64,000 bases of DNA from Podarcis cretensis. Taxonomy: Eukaryota. The stretch spans positions 48,794,001 through 48,858,000 of the forward strand of contig OX638149.1 of assembly GCA_951804945.1 (NCBI GenBank), in the 5' to 3' direction. Numbering within the stretch: position 1 is the first letter of the stretch; every line of letters begins with the position of its first letter. Position numbers and translations under genes: made by a program. Under the pieces are notes generated by a model. It worked only from the letters and a program-made list of their open reading frames with translations, had not been told where the DNA came from and did not search any database. Positions 25,820 through 37,299 of the stretch are shown here, piece by piece.

Positions 25820-28150
25820 CTCGCATTGAGCCGTAGAGGCAGGCGTGAGGGTTATTCAAAAGGCACATGGGGAAATACGCAAGGGCAAGAAAACTCGCAG
25901 TACGCTCCATCCCCTCCTCTCTTATTGAGACCCCTCCTTCCTCCTCCTCCTCCTCCTCCCCGCGTCCCCCGTCTCGCGGCAAGTGGCGCGGATCAGCGTT
26001 CCTCGCGCGTCTCTCCTTCCCGCGGAGCAGCAGCAGCGCAGCAGCGGAGGCTCCATCGCATCCTCGCAGGCGGAGCTCCGAAGGCGGCGGCGGCGGCGGA
26101 GGGAGGGAGGGAGGCAGGAGCCCCGCGAGCGAGGCCGGTGGCGGCGGAGATGGGCAGTCGCTGTCCTCTTCCACCTTCAGCTTAGGAGCCACAACATGCT
26201 AGGGGTTGCGCAGCCCAAGGCACCTGCCAGCTGCCTCCTCCCGGCCGTGGGCAGAGGCTCTGCGCGGGGGTTGCCGGGCGCCATGGAGAGGCCGCCGCAG
26301 CCGCCACTGCTGCTGCTGCCGCCCGTAACCTGATCTGCCCCCCACACGACACACTCACACACACACCAATACCCGTTTGGTGCTACATCATCGAAAGCCC
26401 GCGGAGCCCCCGAAAGCCCAAACGGTGAGTGATCGGCACCCCCTCCCCCTCTTCGCCCCCCCCCCCCCAAGATGTTTTTGTCTGCGGCGAGGGGACTGAT
26501 CGATTGATGCACGTTTTGCTATGGGGCGGGGGTGGGAATGGAAGGGTCGCCGGGAGGGGCAGGCAGCTCACCGCTGTAGCTGGAGGAGAGTGTCGGAGGC
26601 TTTCCAAGGATGGCTGTTCCCCATCAGGGTGTTTTCTGGGGAGCGGCGCTGCATCCCAGCGGCAGGGAGACGAGGCGGAGGCTTGTCCAGAACCGGGGAA
26701 ACCGCGGAGAGGTCGGTCTCACGGGACCCGGAGGAAAAGCGAGCTTGCGTTAGAAAGAGGCGCTTTGGGATCCTGATCCCCTCTGTCGTCCCCGCACCTA
26801 CCCGCCCTCCCCTTTCTCCGGTGGGGCTGCAAGATAGACAGCAGGGCAGGTGCGAGGGGGCTGGGGAGACGGAAGGGAGGGGGACCTCTTCAGCGCCCCT
26901 CTCTCCCATCTCATTATATGGGGGAGGCTAACCTTAATCATCCACGTTGCCCAGGGCGGAGGGAGAAGCGTTTGGGGCGGCGGAGCTTCGGTTGGGATCC
27001 CGCCCATTCACACACACACACACACCGGCGTTAGGTTCCCCTCCCCTTGATCTCCCGTTACTCAGGACGACTTTGCAACTTCTCGCAAAACTCCGCACTC
27101 TTTCTCCTTCCAGTCACTGGGGCAAGAGCCACGGTGCATAGAAGCCAACTCCTAGGGGCCGAGCTCCCTTCGACCCCCTCAATAAAATATTTGACACACA
27201 CACACACCCAAGCATTGCCATTCAAATAGTGTGCCTCTCTGCACCATGTCTTGTGATCGATTATGCGGGGTGCCCCTCCCCCAATATTTTATTCAAGTTG
27301 GCACCCCTGCCACGGTGCGGGGAGTCTCCCCGGATGGATCTTGCCCGGGTGCTATGGGGGGGTGGAGAAAGGTTGTGGGTTCCGCTGCTTCCCACTGCGC
27401 CCCCCCCCAGGCCATGGAGACGCAGATGCCGGCTAATCCCTCGATGGCAGCAGATTAAATCCCGGCGAGGTTATTTTTACGATTGATCCTCCTGATTTCG
27501 CTGCTTCTGTTTTTGCTTTCGTTCCCTCGCAGATCCTGCAGGAAGCCAGGCATGGTGGATCCGGTGGCGGATGCGGGCGAGGAGAAAGACGCAGAGCCCG
27601 GGAGCGCAGCAGCAGCAGCAGCAGCAGGTGGAGACGAGGCCTCGGCGGCGGCGGCCCCGGCAGCAGCAGCAGCAGCAGCAGCAGCAGCCAGTTCCTCCTC
27701 CTCCTCGGCGGCGGCGGATGGTGCCTCTCCGGCGTCCGCCTCGGGCGCGGCGGCGGAAGCGGCGGCTCCTCCTGGCGGAGAGGCGGGGCAGCTGCGCGAG
27801 GAATCGCCGATGCTCCACCTGGACCTGTACAACTTCGACTGCGCCGAGGCCGAGGGCAGCCGCTATGTGCTCACCAGCCCGCGCTCGCTGGAGGCGTGCG
27901 CCCGCTGCGCCGTCAAGCCGGTGGAGCTGCTGCCGCGCTCGCTGGGCGAGCTGGTCAAAGAGGCGCCCGGGCGCTCCATGCGCGTGGCCGCCGGCCTCTA
28001 CGAGGTCTACGAGATGGACCGGCAGAGGAAGCTGCAGCAGTGCCGGGAGGAAAGGGAAAGGATTATCCGCGAGGAGAAGAGGAGGCTCTTCACGCCGCTC
28101 CTCACCGCCAGCCTGCCTTCCTCGCCGGCGCCCAGGATCGCCTTCAAAAG
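25820..28150. promoter_or_regulatory. CpG island covering the CCDC177 promoter, exon 1, intron 1 and 5' CDS
   Basis: High GC and CpG density with GC boxes. Confidence 0.85.
25990..26424 (+). other. CCDC177: Non-coding exon 1 (5' UTR) of CCDC177
   Basis: Consensus donor ACG|GTGAGT at 26424/26425; matching acceptor with polypyrimidine tract TTTTGCTTTCGTTCCCTCGCAG|AT at 27532/27533; TSS approximate. Confidence 0.65.
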
Positions 28151-29657
28151 CACCAGCGGCAGCTGCACCCCAGTAGGGCAGACCAGGACCGGCTGCTTGC
28201 CGCCTCCTCCTGCTGCTGCTTCTGCTGCTGCTGCTTCTGCTGCTCCCACGGGCGCCAGGACCAAGAAGAGCCACTCCTTGGACTCCTTGCAGAAGAGGAG
28301 GGATGGCCACTCCACCAAAACCTCCTCCGACTCCGGGGCCTCCTCCTCCTACAGCGGAGACAGTTTCCGGGACAAGTGGCCCAAGGAGCTGCCCAGGACT
28401 AAGACGGTGGCAACCATGACAGCCCTAGTAGGCCGCAGCTTCAGCTTGGGCGACCTGAGCCATTCGCCCCAGACGGCCAAGAAGGTGGAGAGGATCGTCA
28501 AGGAGGTGAAGAGGAAGAAGGGCCTCAAGGAGGTGTCGGAGAGGGACCGGAAGATCGCGGCGCTGATGATCGCCAAGCAGCAGGAGGAGAGCATCTTGAA
28601 GGAGCAGAGGTACAGTGCCCACCTGCAGTGGGACATCCAGCGGAGGCAGGCGGAGCAGAGGAGGGAGCGGGAGGAGAGGCAGAAGCAGAGGGCCTTGCTG
28701 CAGTGCCACCAGCTGTGGGAGTCGCGGCTGGAGAGGCGGCGCAGCAAGGTGAGCCACGAGGAGCAGGCGGCCGCCCTGCTGAAGCAGAAGCAGAGCTGGC
28801 AGCAGGAGGAGAAGTGGCGGGAGCACCTGGAGAAGCAGGAGAAGATGAGGCGGGAGAGGCAGGAGAAGGCCCTCCTGGATGACAAGAAGAAGAAGCGCCA
28901 CCAAGAGCACAACCTGAAGGCTCAGGAGGAGGTCAAGAAAGAGGCCATGGAGCGAGAGGTGCAGCTGCTGCAAGAGAAGCTGTCCTTGGCCACCCAGAAG
29001 AAGCTGAAGAAGGAGCAGCTGCTGCAGAGGGAGAAGCGGCTGCTCAACCAGGCCGAGAAGCGGAAGCACGAGATCATCCTCAAGGAGAAGGCCAAGCAGG
29101 AGGCCGAGGAGAAGGCGGTGCTGAGGGCTTCTGTGGAAGGGAGCCTCAACAAGGCCCAGGAGAAGTACGAGCAGCTGGTGGAGAAGAGGAACCAGGAGCT
29201 GAGGGAGAGAGCCAAGCGGGAGGAGATGCAGATCCAGAGGGCCAAGAGGGCAGCGGAGAGGAGGGACCGGGAGCAGAAGGAATACTTGAAGGCATTGGCC
29301 AGGGCTTCCGAGCGGAAGCTGCAGCATGCGGCTCAGGTGGCCGAGGAAGTGGTGCAGCAGAAGGCCCAGAAGGTGGTCCAGAGCCGGCTGGAGAAGGAGA
29401 AGGTGCAGAAAGTGAACAAGAGGAAGGTGGAAGAGAACGAAGACATCCGTCGCAGGGAGATCTTGCAGTCCATCGAGAAGAAGCTGGAGCGGAGTGAACA
29501 GATCTGTAAGGAGAAAAAAAATGTCTTGGAAAATGCCCGGTCTGTTGCTCGGGCGTCGTTCCATGTCCGAGAAAAAGTCCGGGAAGAGATGAACATACGT
29601 ACCTTTGACAGGATGGCCTTTGAGGCGGAATTGCAGGCCAGCCTGGTTAAGAAATAA
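27552..29657 (+). CDS. CCDC177: Coiled-coil domain-containing protein 177 (701 aa, single coding exon)
   Basis: Starts MVDPV at GGCATGG (good Kozak), 19 nt after the splice acceptor. Motifs LHLDLYNFDC.EAEGSRYVLTSPRSLEACARCAVKPVELLPR, GRSFSLGDLSHSPQTA, ERDRKIAALM and ARASFHVREKVREE match recalled vertebrate CCDC177; long E/K/R/Q coiled coil. Confidence 0.96.
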   Translation: MVDPVADAGEEKDAEPGSAAAAAAAGGDEASAAAAPAAAAAAAAAASSSSSSAAADGASPASASGAAAEAAAPPGGEAGQLREESPMLHLDLYNFDCAEAEGSRYVLTSPRSLEACARCAVKPVELLPRSLGELVKEAPGRSMRVAAGLYEVYEMDRQRKLQQCREERERIIREEKRRLFTPLLTASLPSSPAPRIAFKSTSGSCTPVGQTRTGCLPPPPAAASAAAASAAPTGARTKKSHSLDSLQKRRDGHSTKTSSDSGASSSYSGDSFRDKWPKELPRTKTVATMTALVGRSFSLGDLSHSPQTAKKVERIVKEVKRKKGLKEVSERDRKIAALMIAKQQEESILKEQRYSAHLQWDIQRRQAEQRREREERQKQRALLQCHQLWESRLERRRSKVSHEEQAAALLKQKQSWQQEEKWREHLEKQEKMRRERQEKALLDDKKKKRHQEHNLKAQEEVKKEAMEREVQLLQEKLSLATQKKLKKEQLLQREKRLLNQAEKRKHEIILKEKAKQEAEEKAVLRASVEGSLNKAQEKYEQLVEKRNQELRERAKREEMQIQRAKRAAERRDREQKEYLKALARASERKLQHAAQVAEEVVQQKAQKVVQSRLEKEKVQKVNKRKVEENEDIRRREILQSIEKKLERSEQICKEKKNVLENARSVARASFHVREKVREEMNIRTFDRMAFEAELQASLVKK

Positions 29658-30983
29658 ACAGTCTTTTTTTCTATTTCAGTTAAGTGGCAAAACCTTTTTT
29701 TAAAACCTTATTTATTGTTTCAGGGGAGCACAGAAACTTTGGCAGCTACTTCACAGAACTTTTTCAAACTGCATTTGTTCAGACACCTGTTTCTGCCATT
29801 CCTGCAGAGGAAAAGGTATATCTTACCCTTCACTGAAGAAAATGTTGTTTACAAGGCTCAAAACAGGGACAAATAAATTTTCTACAACCTAGTGCTGCAG
29901 TAAAAGCTCCTCAGAAAATCACAGGCCATTTCAATTCCTCCTGAAGAAATTACCAGACAAGCAGCTACTTCCTTTTTTTATACACCTCACACTTAATTTG
30001 GACGCCATTCGCTTTGAATCAGGCTGCAGCATTTGCATGCTGGGACTTGCACTCCCTTTAATATATAAAGACGAGTGTATTTTACAGTGTTTTGGCTCAT
30101 ATGGTGCACTTTATCCATGCTCTTGGAATGGAAACACTGGAGCTTGTAATGGACATTTCTAGACAAAAAAAATGCAAGTAAAATTCTGATTAGGCCTGAT
30201 CTATGGCATTAAGCAATATGCAGAAACTCTGGTGCAAATAAAATTATAAACATATGGGAGGTGTTTTAAAGCTCCTTTCATTAACTTTTTGCTGAGAGTT
30301 ATTGGGTGGCATCCAGCTGTGTCCATTGCTGAAGGAAGGGATCCTCAGTGGAACAGGAAAGGGAGGCAATTTTCAGCAGTTCCCCCCAACTCATGCAGCC
30401 TCCCATGGTTCCTCTAGAGCTGAAGCTGTAGTAGGAATCACAAAAATGCTTGCTCCCCTCATTCTGCTGCTGAATGCCTTCCATCAATGGGTAGACACCA
30501 ATGGATGCCACCCACTTTTTACAAGAAATGTAGTAGAAAGAACAGGCAAATGTTGCAAATATTGACCTGTAGGAATAATTGCACCAAAAGTGTTTAAAAC
30601 CACCTTGAAACTCGGTTATCTTGTTGCATTCCAGGTACCGGTATGTTCCTGTAGTACCATACCTAGATTATTGGATAAAACCCGTTTAGACCAATGTGCC
30701 CAATATAAGAAGAAAGTATCGTGCCTGATCAGAGAGCTGTATGCTGAAAGTAACATCTCCACTTATCCAAAACATTAATAGCAGCTAAATGTATACACAA
30801 GTGGAACTAGCTGCAGGCGAAAGCTTATGAACCACCTACATATTGGATGTCCTTCACAGCATGAAATAAGGTCTAGTCAAATTATTTCAGTTGTTTGTCA
30901 AGTGAGGCTAATAATAGTGTATGGAGACATATCTTGTAACCAAATGAGTTTTGTAATATCTCTGCTCAGCATGGGATCATATC

Positions 30984-31270
30984 AGCCTGGATAGCTCAGT
31001 TGGTTAGAGTGTGGTGCTGATTATGCCAAGGTTGCAGGTTCAATCTCCTTATGGGACAGCTCCTGAATCGCAGGGGGCTGGACTAGATCAGTGGTGGCCA
31101 AACCTGGCCCTCCAGCTGTTTTGGGACTACAGTTCCCATCACCCCTGACCACTGGCCCTGTTAGCTAAGGATGATGGGGGTTGTAGTCCTAAAACAGCTG
31201 GAGGGCCAAGTTTGGCCACACCTGAACTAGATGATCCTCAGGGTCCCTTCCAAGTCTCTTATTCTAAGAC
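30984..31270 (+). mobile_element. tRNA(Ile)-like-headed SINE with CR1-type tail, interrupted by a hAT MITE
   Basis: Head TAGCTCAGTTGGTTAGAGTGTGGTGCTGAT..GGTTCAATC; tail GGACTAGATGATCCTCAGGGTCCCTTCCAA..ATTCT. Confidence 0.75.
31089..31224. mobile_element. Short palindromic hAT MITE
   Basis: TIRs CAGTGGTGGCCAAAC..GGCCCTCCAGCTGTTTT; TSD GACTAGAT/AACTAGAT. Confidence 0.85.
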
Positions 31271-32599
31271 ATTTCTACAACTTTGAACTAAACAGTTGTG
31301 TTAGCAGCAGAATGAGTCCCACTAGCAGAATGGAGCTCCCCCCCTCCATCTCCCTCCAAATTAGCACTGTGGGCTGGGGGGGGGTCAGGAGAACCCCAAG
31401 AACGGGGAGCAGGGGGAGGAAAAGGGAAATTGTTTCACCTGGCAAGCAGAAATACTTGCACCCGCAGAACCATCATAATAGTGCAACACTAAATTCCTCT
31501 CTCTGAGTATCGTAGAACGAGTCTCTTAAGGAAGCACGATTGTCCCCCTGAAAATTGCACTATGCAGAAATAAGTTGTAATGTTCGTTATTTGGTTGCTT
31601 ATTAATATGGTAACAACTTAACTTAGCAAGCGAGATCTTCTGCAGTATTGGAAGGGGCTAATATAGGAATGGTAATGTCCCCAAACAGAACAGAATTGCT
31701 AAATGTTGGCGACGCATCAGGACTGGCTTTACAATTCTGTTTTTACATAAACTATACAACACCATGAGCATATATGCCAGGTGGGTTTTTTAAAAAAAAA
31801 TTAATTTGCTTATTTATTAAAATATTTCAGAGCACCTTTCGAGGCATAATGGCCCTCACAAGGTGGTGTACAAAATTCCAGAATAAAATATCATGATATA
31901 TAAAATCATCCAGTTAAAAATGGAACAGTACAAATTAATCCAAGCACAGCAGTTAATAAAATAAGATTGAAAAAGAACGGTCTTCAGAGTTTTCTTTTTT
32001 AAAAAAAAAAAAAAAGCACAACCTGATAATGATGCAGCCACACATTTTTGGGAGGAGAGAGCTACATAGGTTTGAGGCAACCACCCAAAAAGCCCTGTTT
32101 CAGGTACCTGTCAGCCTAGTAGCACATAGGTAGCTAACCTGATGTCCTTCAGATGTTTTAGACTCCTAACTTCTCTTGGTTTCAGCCAGCATGGCCAGTG
32201 CTTAGCAATTGTGGGAGTTGTAGACTACAGCCTCTGGAGGACACCCCATTGGGTATGCATAATCTAACCTGTATCATTAAGAGGTTAGGTGGCCATGATC
32301 TGTCAGGGATTCTTTAGCTGTGGTTTCCTGGATTGCAGGGGGTCAGACCAGATGACTCCTGGGGGTCCCTTTCAGCTCTACAGTTATACAAATCTATGAT
32401 AATAACAATATAAAACCTGGGAGTAACAAAATGTGTAAACTTGTAAATGAATACAAACATAATTTATTTATTTCTTGGCTATAGGATATGGTTAAGGACA
32501 AGTAGGAGAAGCAAAAAAACTTATATGTGTAGTGATAAATATTAAAGTCCAGGCACTTTACATGACAATCCACATTGCGTTCTAAGACTACACAACAGA

Positions 32600-32770
32600 A
32601 ATGAATTTCTGGCAAAAATAGACATTGCGGCTTTAATACCAAGCCAGCTTCTCTCCCCACTTCAACTCTGCACCTCCATCCTTCCGCTTTGTTTAAAATC
32701 CATGCTGATGAAGCATTCGGATGGACTCAAAAGTTAGCTTGCTAATTCATGACATTTGGATTGGTCATGA
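32600..32770 (+). mobile_element. Dispersed repeat, probable Penelope-like pseudo-LTR remnant
   Basis: Reverse-complement homolog at about 35060-35465; contains CTGATGAAG...CT(C/G)AAAAG motif. Confidence 0.45.
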
Positions 32771-35133
32771 TACAGGGTCTTTGGAAATGGCAAATCAACT
32801 CTCAGCTATGCTTGCCAGTTTATCCTTCCCGTTTCTCCCATTGGTGAGTTTCTCTCTGAGAAAAGCTTTAAAATCACCTTTTTAAAATGTGGGGTGGGGG
32901 TGGGGGTGGGGGGGTGGGGCTGGCTATTGGGTTGTTGTTCTATTTTGATCATGTATTGTATGGTTTTATATTTTGATTTTATTCTGAGAACTGCCTTGAG
33001 ACCTGCGGGTATACTGCAGTATATCAATTCAATAATAAAAACAACAATAATATTTATTTGCATGCAGATAATTGGCAAATAGATAATCTCTGCTGTGAAA
33101 TAAGTGGCAGTGCTACATCCTTGCCTGTCCCTGCTCTTCTGTGCCACTGATGCAGTCTTAGTGGCACACCTGAGGTCAAACTGCACACTATAGGCAGCAC
33201 ATGACATCTTCTCTGACTTAAATTTAAAGCAGCAGCAGGAGGAGGAGGAGGCTGCAGTCTTGAGTGGAGGATCAGCAGGAAGGAGAGCAATGGTTTGTCT
33301 CCTGTTCCCCGCCCCCCCTTGGGATATTTTCCTACTCAAGATTGCTCCCCAATTGCTTTTCCTCTGGGGGGAAGGCACAGTGGGAAGAGAGATAAGTGCC
33401 TGTATCTTTCCCTGCAGAGTGAAAAGTAGGTTGTGTGCATGGGAGGGTAATCACCACCAGCACCCCAGCCAGCCCTCTGCTGAAACTTGCAGCCAGTTTT
33501 GCTTCAAAACGAAAGGAATTGCTAGAGAAAAGATACCTGCAGATATGTGAGCCACACAGTTTGGCCCTTGGAAGATCGATTTAGGATATTAGGATATTGA
33601 CACAGAGATAATGACAGCTTCATTCTGCATACAGGAAGGTGCTTTTCACCGAGACAAAAATCAGTTAGGCTCTCCCTGTGACGAGATGCTGTTAAGGCCT
33701 TTCTGTCTCATGTTCTTCGTATCATTGTATAGACTTGCTACTAATTAGTGTGCCTGTTCTTCTACCTACTACATGAGCATTTTTCTTCAGGGATTTTGCC
33801 CTGTGCATTTATCCTCCGCCACAGCAGTAAGTACCAGTGGTCAACCTTTATGAATACAAATACTAAAGGATGCCCTGTGGATGCAGATAAGGGAAAGATG
33901 CAAGGCTCAGCACTGCAAAAACCTTCAGCATTCATTGGCCAGGCACAACTGCACAAAGCAGATGGTGAAATGGAGAGAAGGGGAGAATCTGGATGCTCCA
34001 CTCGGATGCCTCCCTTGCGGGTCACACTTTATTAATAATTGATTTATCAGCAAATTTATACCCTGTCAATGACACGACTCAAAATCCACATGCTGCTCTG
34101 CATTTGAAGAAACTGCAGCAACTTACGGCACCAATCCGAACTTTTAAAGGCTGTTTTGTTAAAATTGCAAGCGGCACTCCATTTTTTTTACTTGGATCAC
34201 TTGCGAATGACTTGTTTATCAAGTGTCCATCCAGATTTGCTAGCACAAAGTTTGCAGGGAGGCGTGAGCAACATCACGCCAAACAATTGTTATGCCACAC
34301 TTTCCAGTCATGTTTCAGGCTGTAAATTAAACGTCCAGGGTGGGGAGAGCAAGTTTGTGGCGCACGAGCACCAAATCCATTTTAACTGTGTAAGCTAAAT
34401 TTGCTAGTATGTAATTGAATCTCACCCGCAAAATAGCAACGATCTGGAAGTGCCCTTATCCACACTTCCTCCTGTCTTGCAGCTTTCCCCTGGGAGAAAC
34501 CACTCTTTAGCTCTGTGGATTGCAGTTTGCTCTGATTTAAAGCCAAAGAGCAGGTTTTCACTGGGGAAAAAGTGAGGCAAGAGGGGAACTGCTCAGATCT
34601 GCTTTTTCTAGGCATGAGATTAATGGAAGTGTGGTGAACCCTAAATTGCTGTAATGATCATCCTGGTTACCAGGATAGCAGCTTAACAGAGGTGGGACAG
34701 TAAGAAGCTGGTTAGAAATGGCCACCTTCCACCCAAATTTTTGTTAGTGTACGCATGCAAAATCATGTTCAAAATCACTTAGGTCTTCAGGTTTCCCCCC
34801 TATGAATTGCTAATCTAACTGGCTTTGGTACTTCCCATAGAAGTACTGCCACATATATCACAGCAGGGATAATGATGTTATCTCCTGGGGTGCTATTTGT
34901 CAGTTTTCTGCGTGCAAAATAAATAAGCTTTTCTCAGAAAGGAAACTAGCCAAATAAGCTAATCAGAGAAATGGGAAGGTTAAATTAGCAAGCATAGCTG
35001 AAAGTTAATTTGCCACTTATATTTCCAATGATCCTGTACCAAACATACCAAATGTATCAAATGTACTAATCAAAATGTCGTGAATTAGCAAGCTAACTTT
35101 TCAGTCCATCCGAAGCTTCATCAGCATGGATGT

Positions 35134-35388
35134 TTCTTCTTCTTCTTCTTTCTTCTTTTTTGAATTTGATATCCCACTTTATCACTACCCGAAGGAGTCT
35201 CAAAGCGGCTAACATTCTCCTTTCCCTTCCTCCCCCACAACAAATACTCTGTGAGGTGAGTGAGGCTGAGAGACTTCAAAGAAGTGTGACGAGCCCAAGG
35301 TCACCCAGCAGCTGAATGTGGAGGAGCGGAGACGCGAACCCGGTTCACCAGATTGCGAATCTACCGCTCTTAACCACTACACCACACT
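35134..35388 (-). mobile_element. tRNA-derived SINE (Squam3-like), young
   Basis: Reverse complement nearly matches 50372-50618; (AAG)n tail; inserted into the Penelope-like repeat. Confidence 0.85.
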
Positions 35389-35589
35389 ATACAAAGAAGG
35401 AGGATGGAGGTACAGGGTTGGGGTGGGGAGAGAAGCTGGCTTGGGATTGAAACCGCAATGTCCACGTTCGCCAGAAATTCATTATGACCATAGAAGTACT
35501 TCCCATAGAAGCCTGTAAATGTGCAGTACACTGGGGAAGAAAGTTGCCTACAGACTGGGACACTGAGCTAAATAGACAGAGGCCAGAAT

Positions 35590-35964
35590 CAGCGGCGTAG
35601 CTAGCCATTCAGGTGCCTGGGGCAGTGCACGAGCCCTGCAGCTGGGGGCAGAGCAAGCCAAGGCAGGGCACACTGCATGGAGCCTCTTCGCAACCTCCCC
35701 CTCAGCTCCTCGAAAAAGCAGCGCGGAGCTTGCAGCCAATCCGCCCGCTGCCTCCCCCTCAGGAGAGACGTGTGCCCCCCACCTCACCTGCTACCAGTGG
35801 CATGGAAGGGGGGAGTGGGAGTTATTTTTTAAAAATAAAAAGTGTAGTGAGCCCAATTAAATATATATATTGAAAACACATATTTTTGCCATTTTGTCAC
35901 CCCCCCCTCAGTGATTACACCTGGGACAAACCACATCCACAGCACCTCCCTTCCTATGCCACTG
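35590..35964. mobile_element. Non-autonomous hAT element (CAGTGGCGTAG-type ends)
   Basis: Ends CAGCGGCGTAG / CTATGCCACTG; TSD GCCAGAAT/GCCAGAAC. Confidence 0.75.
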
Positions 35965-36099
35965 GCCAGAACCTGAATTTCCAGGGAATGTTCTTTCAGA
36001 GCAGCTCTTTTAGGGGAGCAGCGGAGGGCTCAATTAGTTGATGTGGTTGAAGGGAGATGGGCTGGAAGACCAACAGAAACATGACAAATGAAAGTTTCA

Positions 36100-36399
36100 C
36101 TCTCTCACCGCCAAAGGAACACAAGTGAATAGCAGAGAACCTCTAGAAGCGACGCTGACACAAAACCCCACATATATTAAGTAAGATAGAAACATTGCCA
36201 CCCCACCCCCACCCCCACCCCACCCCCACTCACCTTTCCCTCCCTCCACCTCTTTCCCTCTTTTCTTCCTAATGTCTCAACAAATGAAACTGATCTGTTA
36301 AAAATGTTACTTGGAGAAAGAGAGAGAGAGAGAGAGAGAGATTGCACATACTTTTGTAAACCAAGAAAATCTTTAATAAAAATACATTTAAAAAACAAA
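36100..36399 (+). mobile_element. 5'-truncated LINE 3' end (L1/Tx1-like)
   Basis: AATAAA plus A-rich tail; 16-bp TSD ACAAATGAAAGTTTCA (36084-36099, 36400-36415); homologous copy at about 43700-43920. Confidence 0.75.
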
Positions 36400-37246
36400 A
36401 CAAATGAAAGTTTCAAAAAATCCTGGGTTAGCCTCAATCCTGATCCTTTTTGCTCCATTTCACTCCAATTACATTCATTTAGCAGAGCATAGCCTCTGAA
36501 AAGAGGGAAAGAACCGCTTTTCCAAACGTTAACTGCATGCATCAGCTATATTTGGATGTCACACAAAAATACTGCTGGGTGCTGATGCTCCTATGTCTTC
36601 TTCACACAGCGTAAATGTCTGTGCCATATGGCTCCATGCACTCACAATCGAAATGCCCCACTTAGGCTGCAGTATCCTCCAGACTGTTAATAGAAGAGAT
36701 CATGGCAATTTCTGAAAGGGTTAATAATGTAACCCTTTCTGAAGATCTCATGGTAGCAGACTTTACTGGCGGGTTACTGGGAATGGGTGGGCGGAAGTCT
36801 GGAAACCCGCCATACCCAAGCCGTGCAGCAAAGATATGGAAAATATTGCCTAAGGCAGCAGTTTAATTACAAAGAGTTTATCTCTTGATCCTGAGTTTAA
36901 GGATTTGCCTCTGGCAGATAACACAGCCAACACGTGGGAGATGCTCAAGAGGCTAAACCCTGGCCGTCAGGGAGGGGGCCTCATCCTGTGGTCTCTGGCT
37001 TCAGCACGGCTTCTGGAAGCAGTTCATGCTTCAAGAGAAGCTTTCCCTGGATATGCAGAGAGTGGGGTGGGTGAATGGGGTTGTAGCCTCCTACCTTCCG
37101 CGTCCTCCATTGACGTGATACCTAGAAAGCACACACACCATTCCACACACACATCTCCATCACTATTTTGGGCAGCCAAGTGTATTGGGCAGTATGTGCC
37201 AAGAAATAATACTTCATGGCGGGGGTGGGGGGAGGGAGGAGCTTTT

Positions 37247-37299
<53 letters not shown>

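Noticed and set aside
27483-27551. 23-aa hydrophobic signal-peptide-like N-terminal extension (MILLISLLLFLLSF...) in the ORF track
   Set aside because: It starts at TTG and is mostly the translated polypyrimidine tract and acceptor of intron 1; the ortholog starts at MVDPV (27552)
27571-28176. Poly-Gln ORF in an alternative frame
   Set aside because: Same (GCA)n repeat read out of frame; lies downstream of a strong main ATG
28425-29564. 379-aa Leu-rich antisense ORF and other long overlapping ORFs across CCDC177
   Set aside because: Shadow ORFs caused by GC3-rich GAG/AAG/CAG codons on the sense strand; no independent gene signals
30984-31056. tRNA-Ile-like sequence
   Set aside because: Mismatched stems and continues straight into a CR1-type tail, so it is a SINE head, not a tRNA gene
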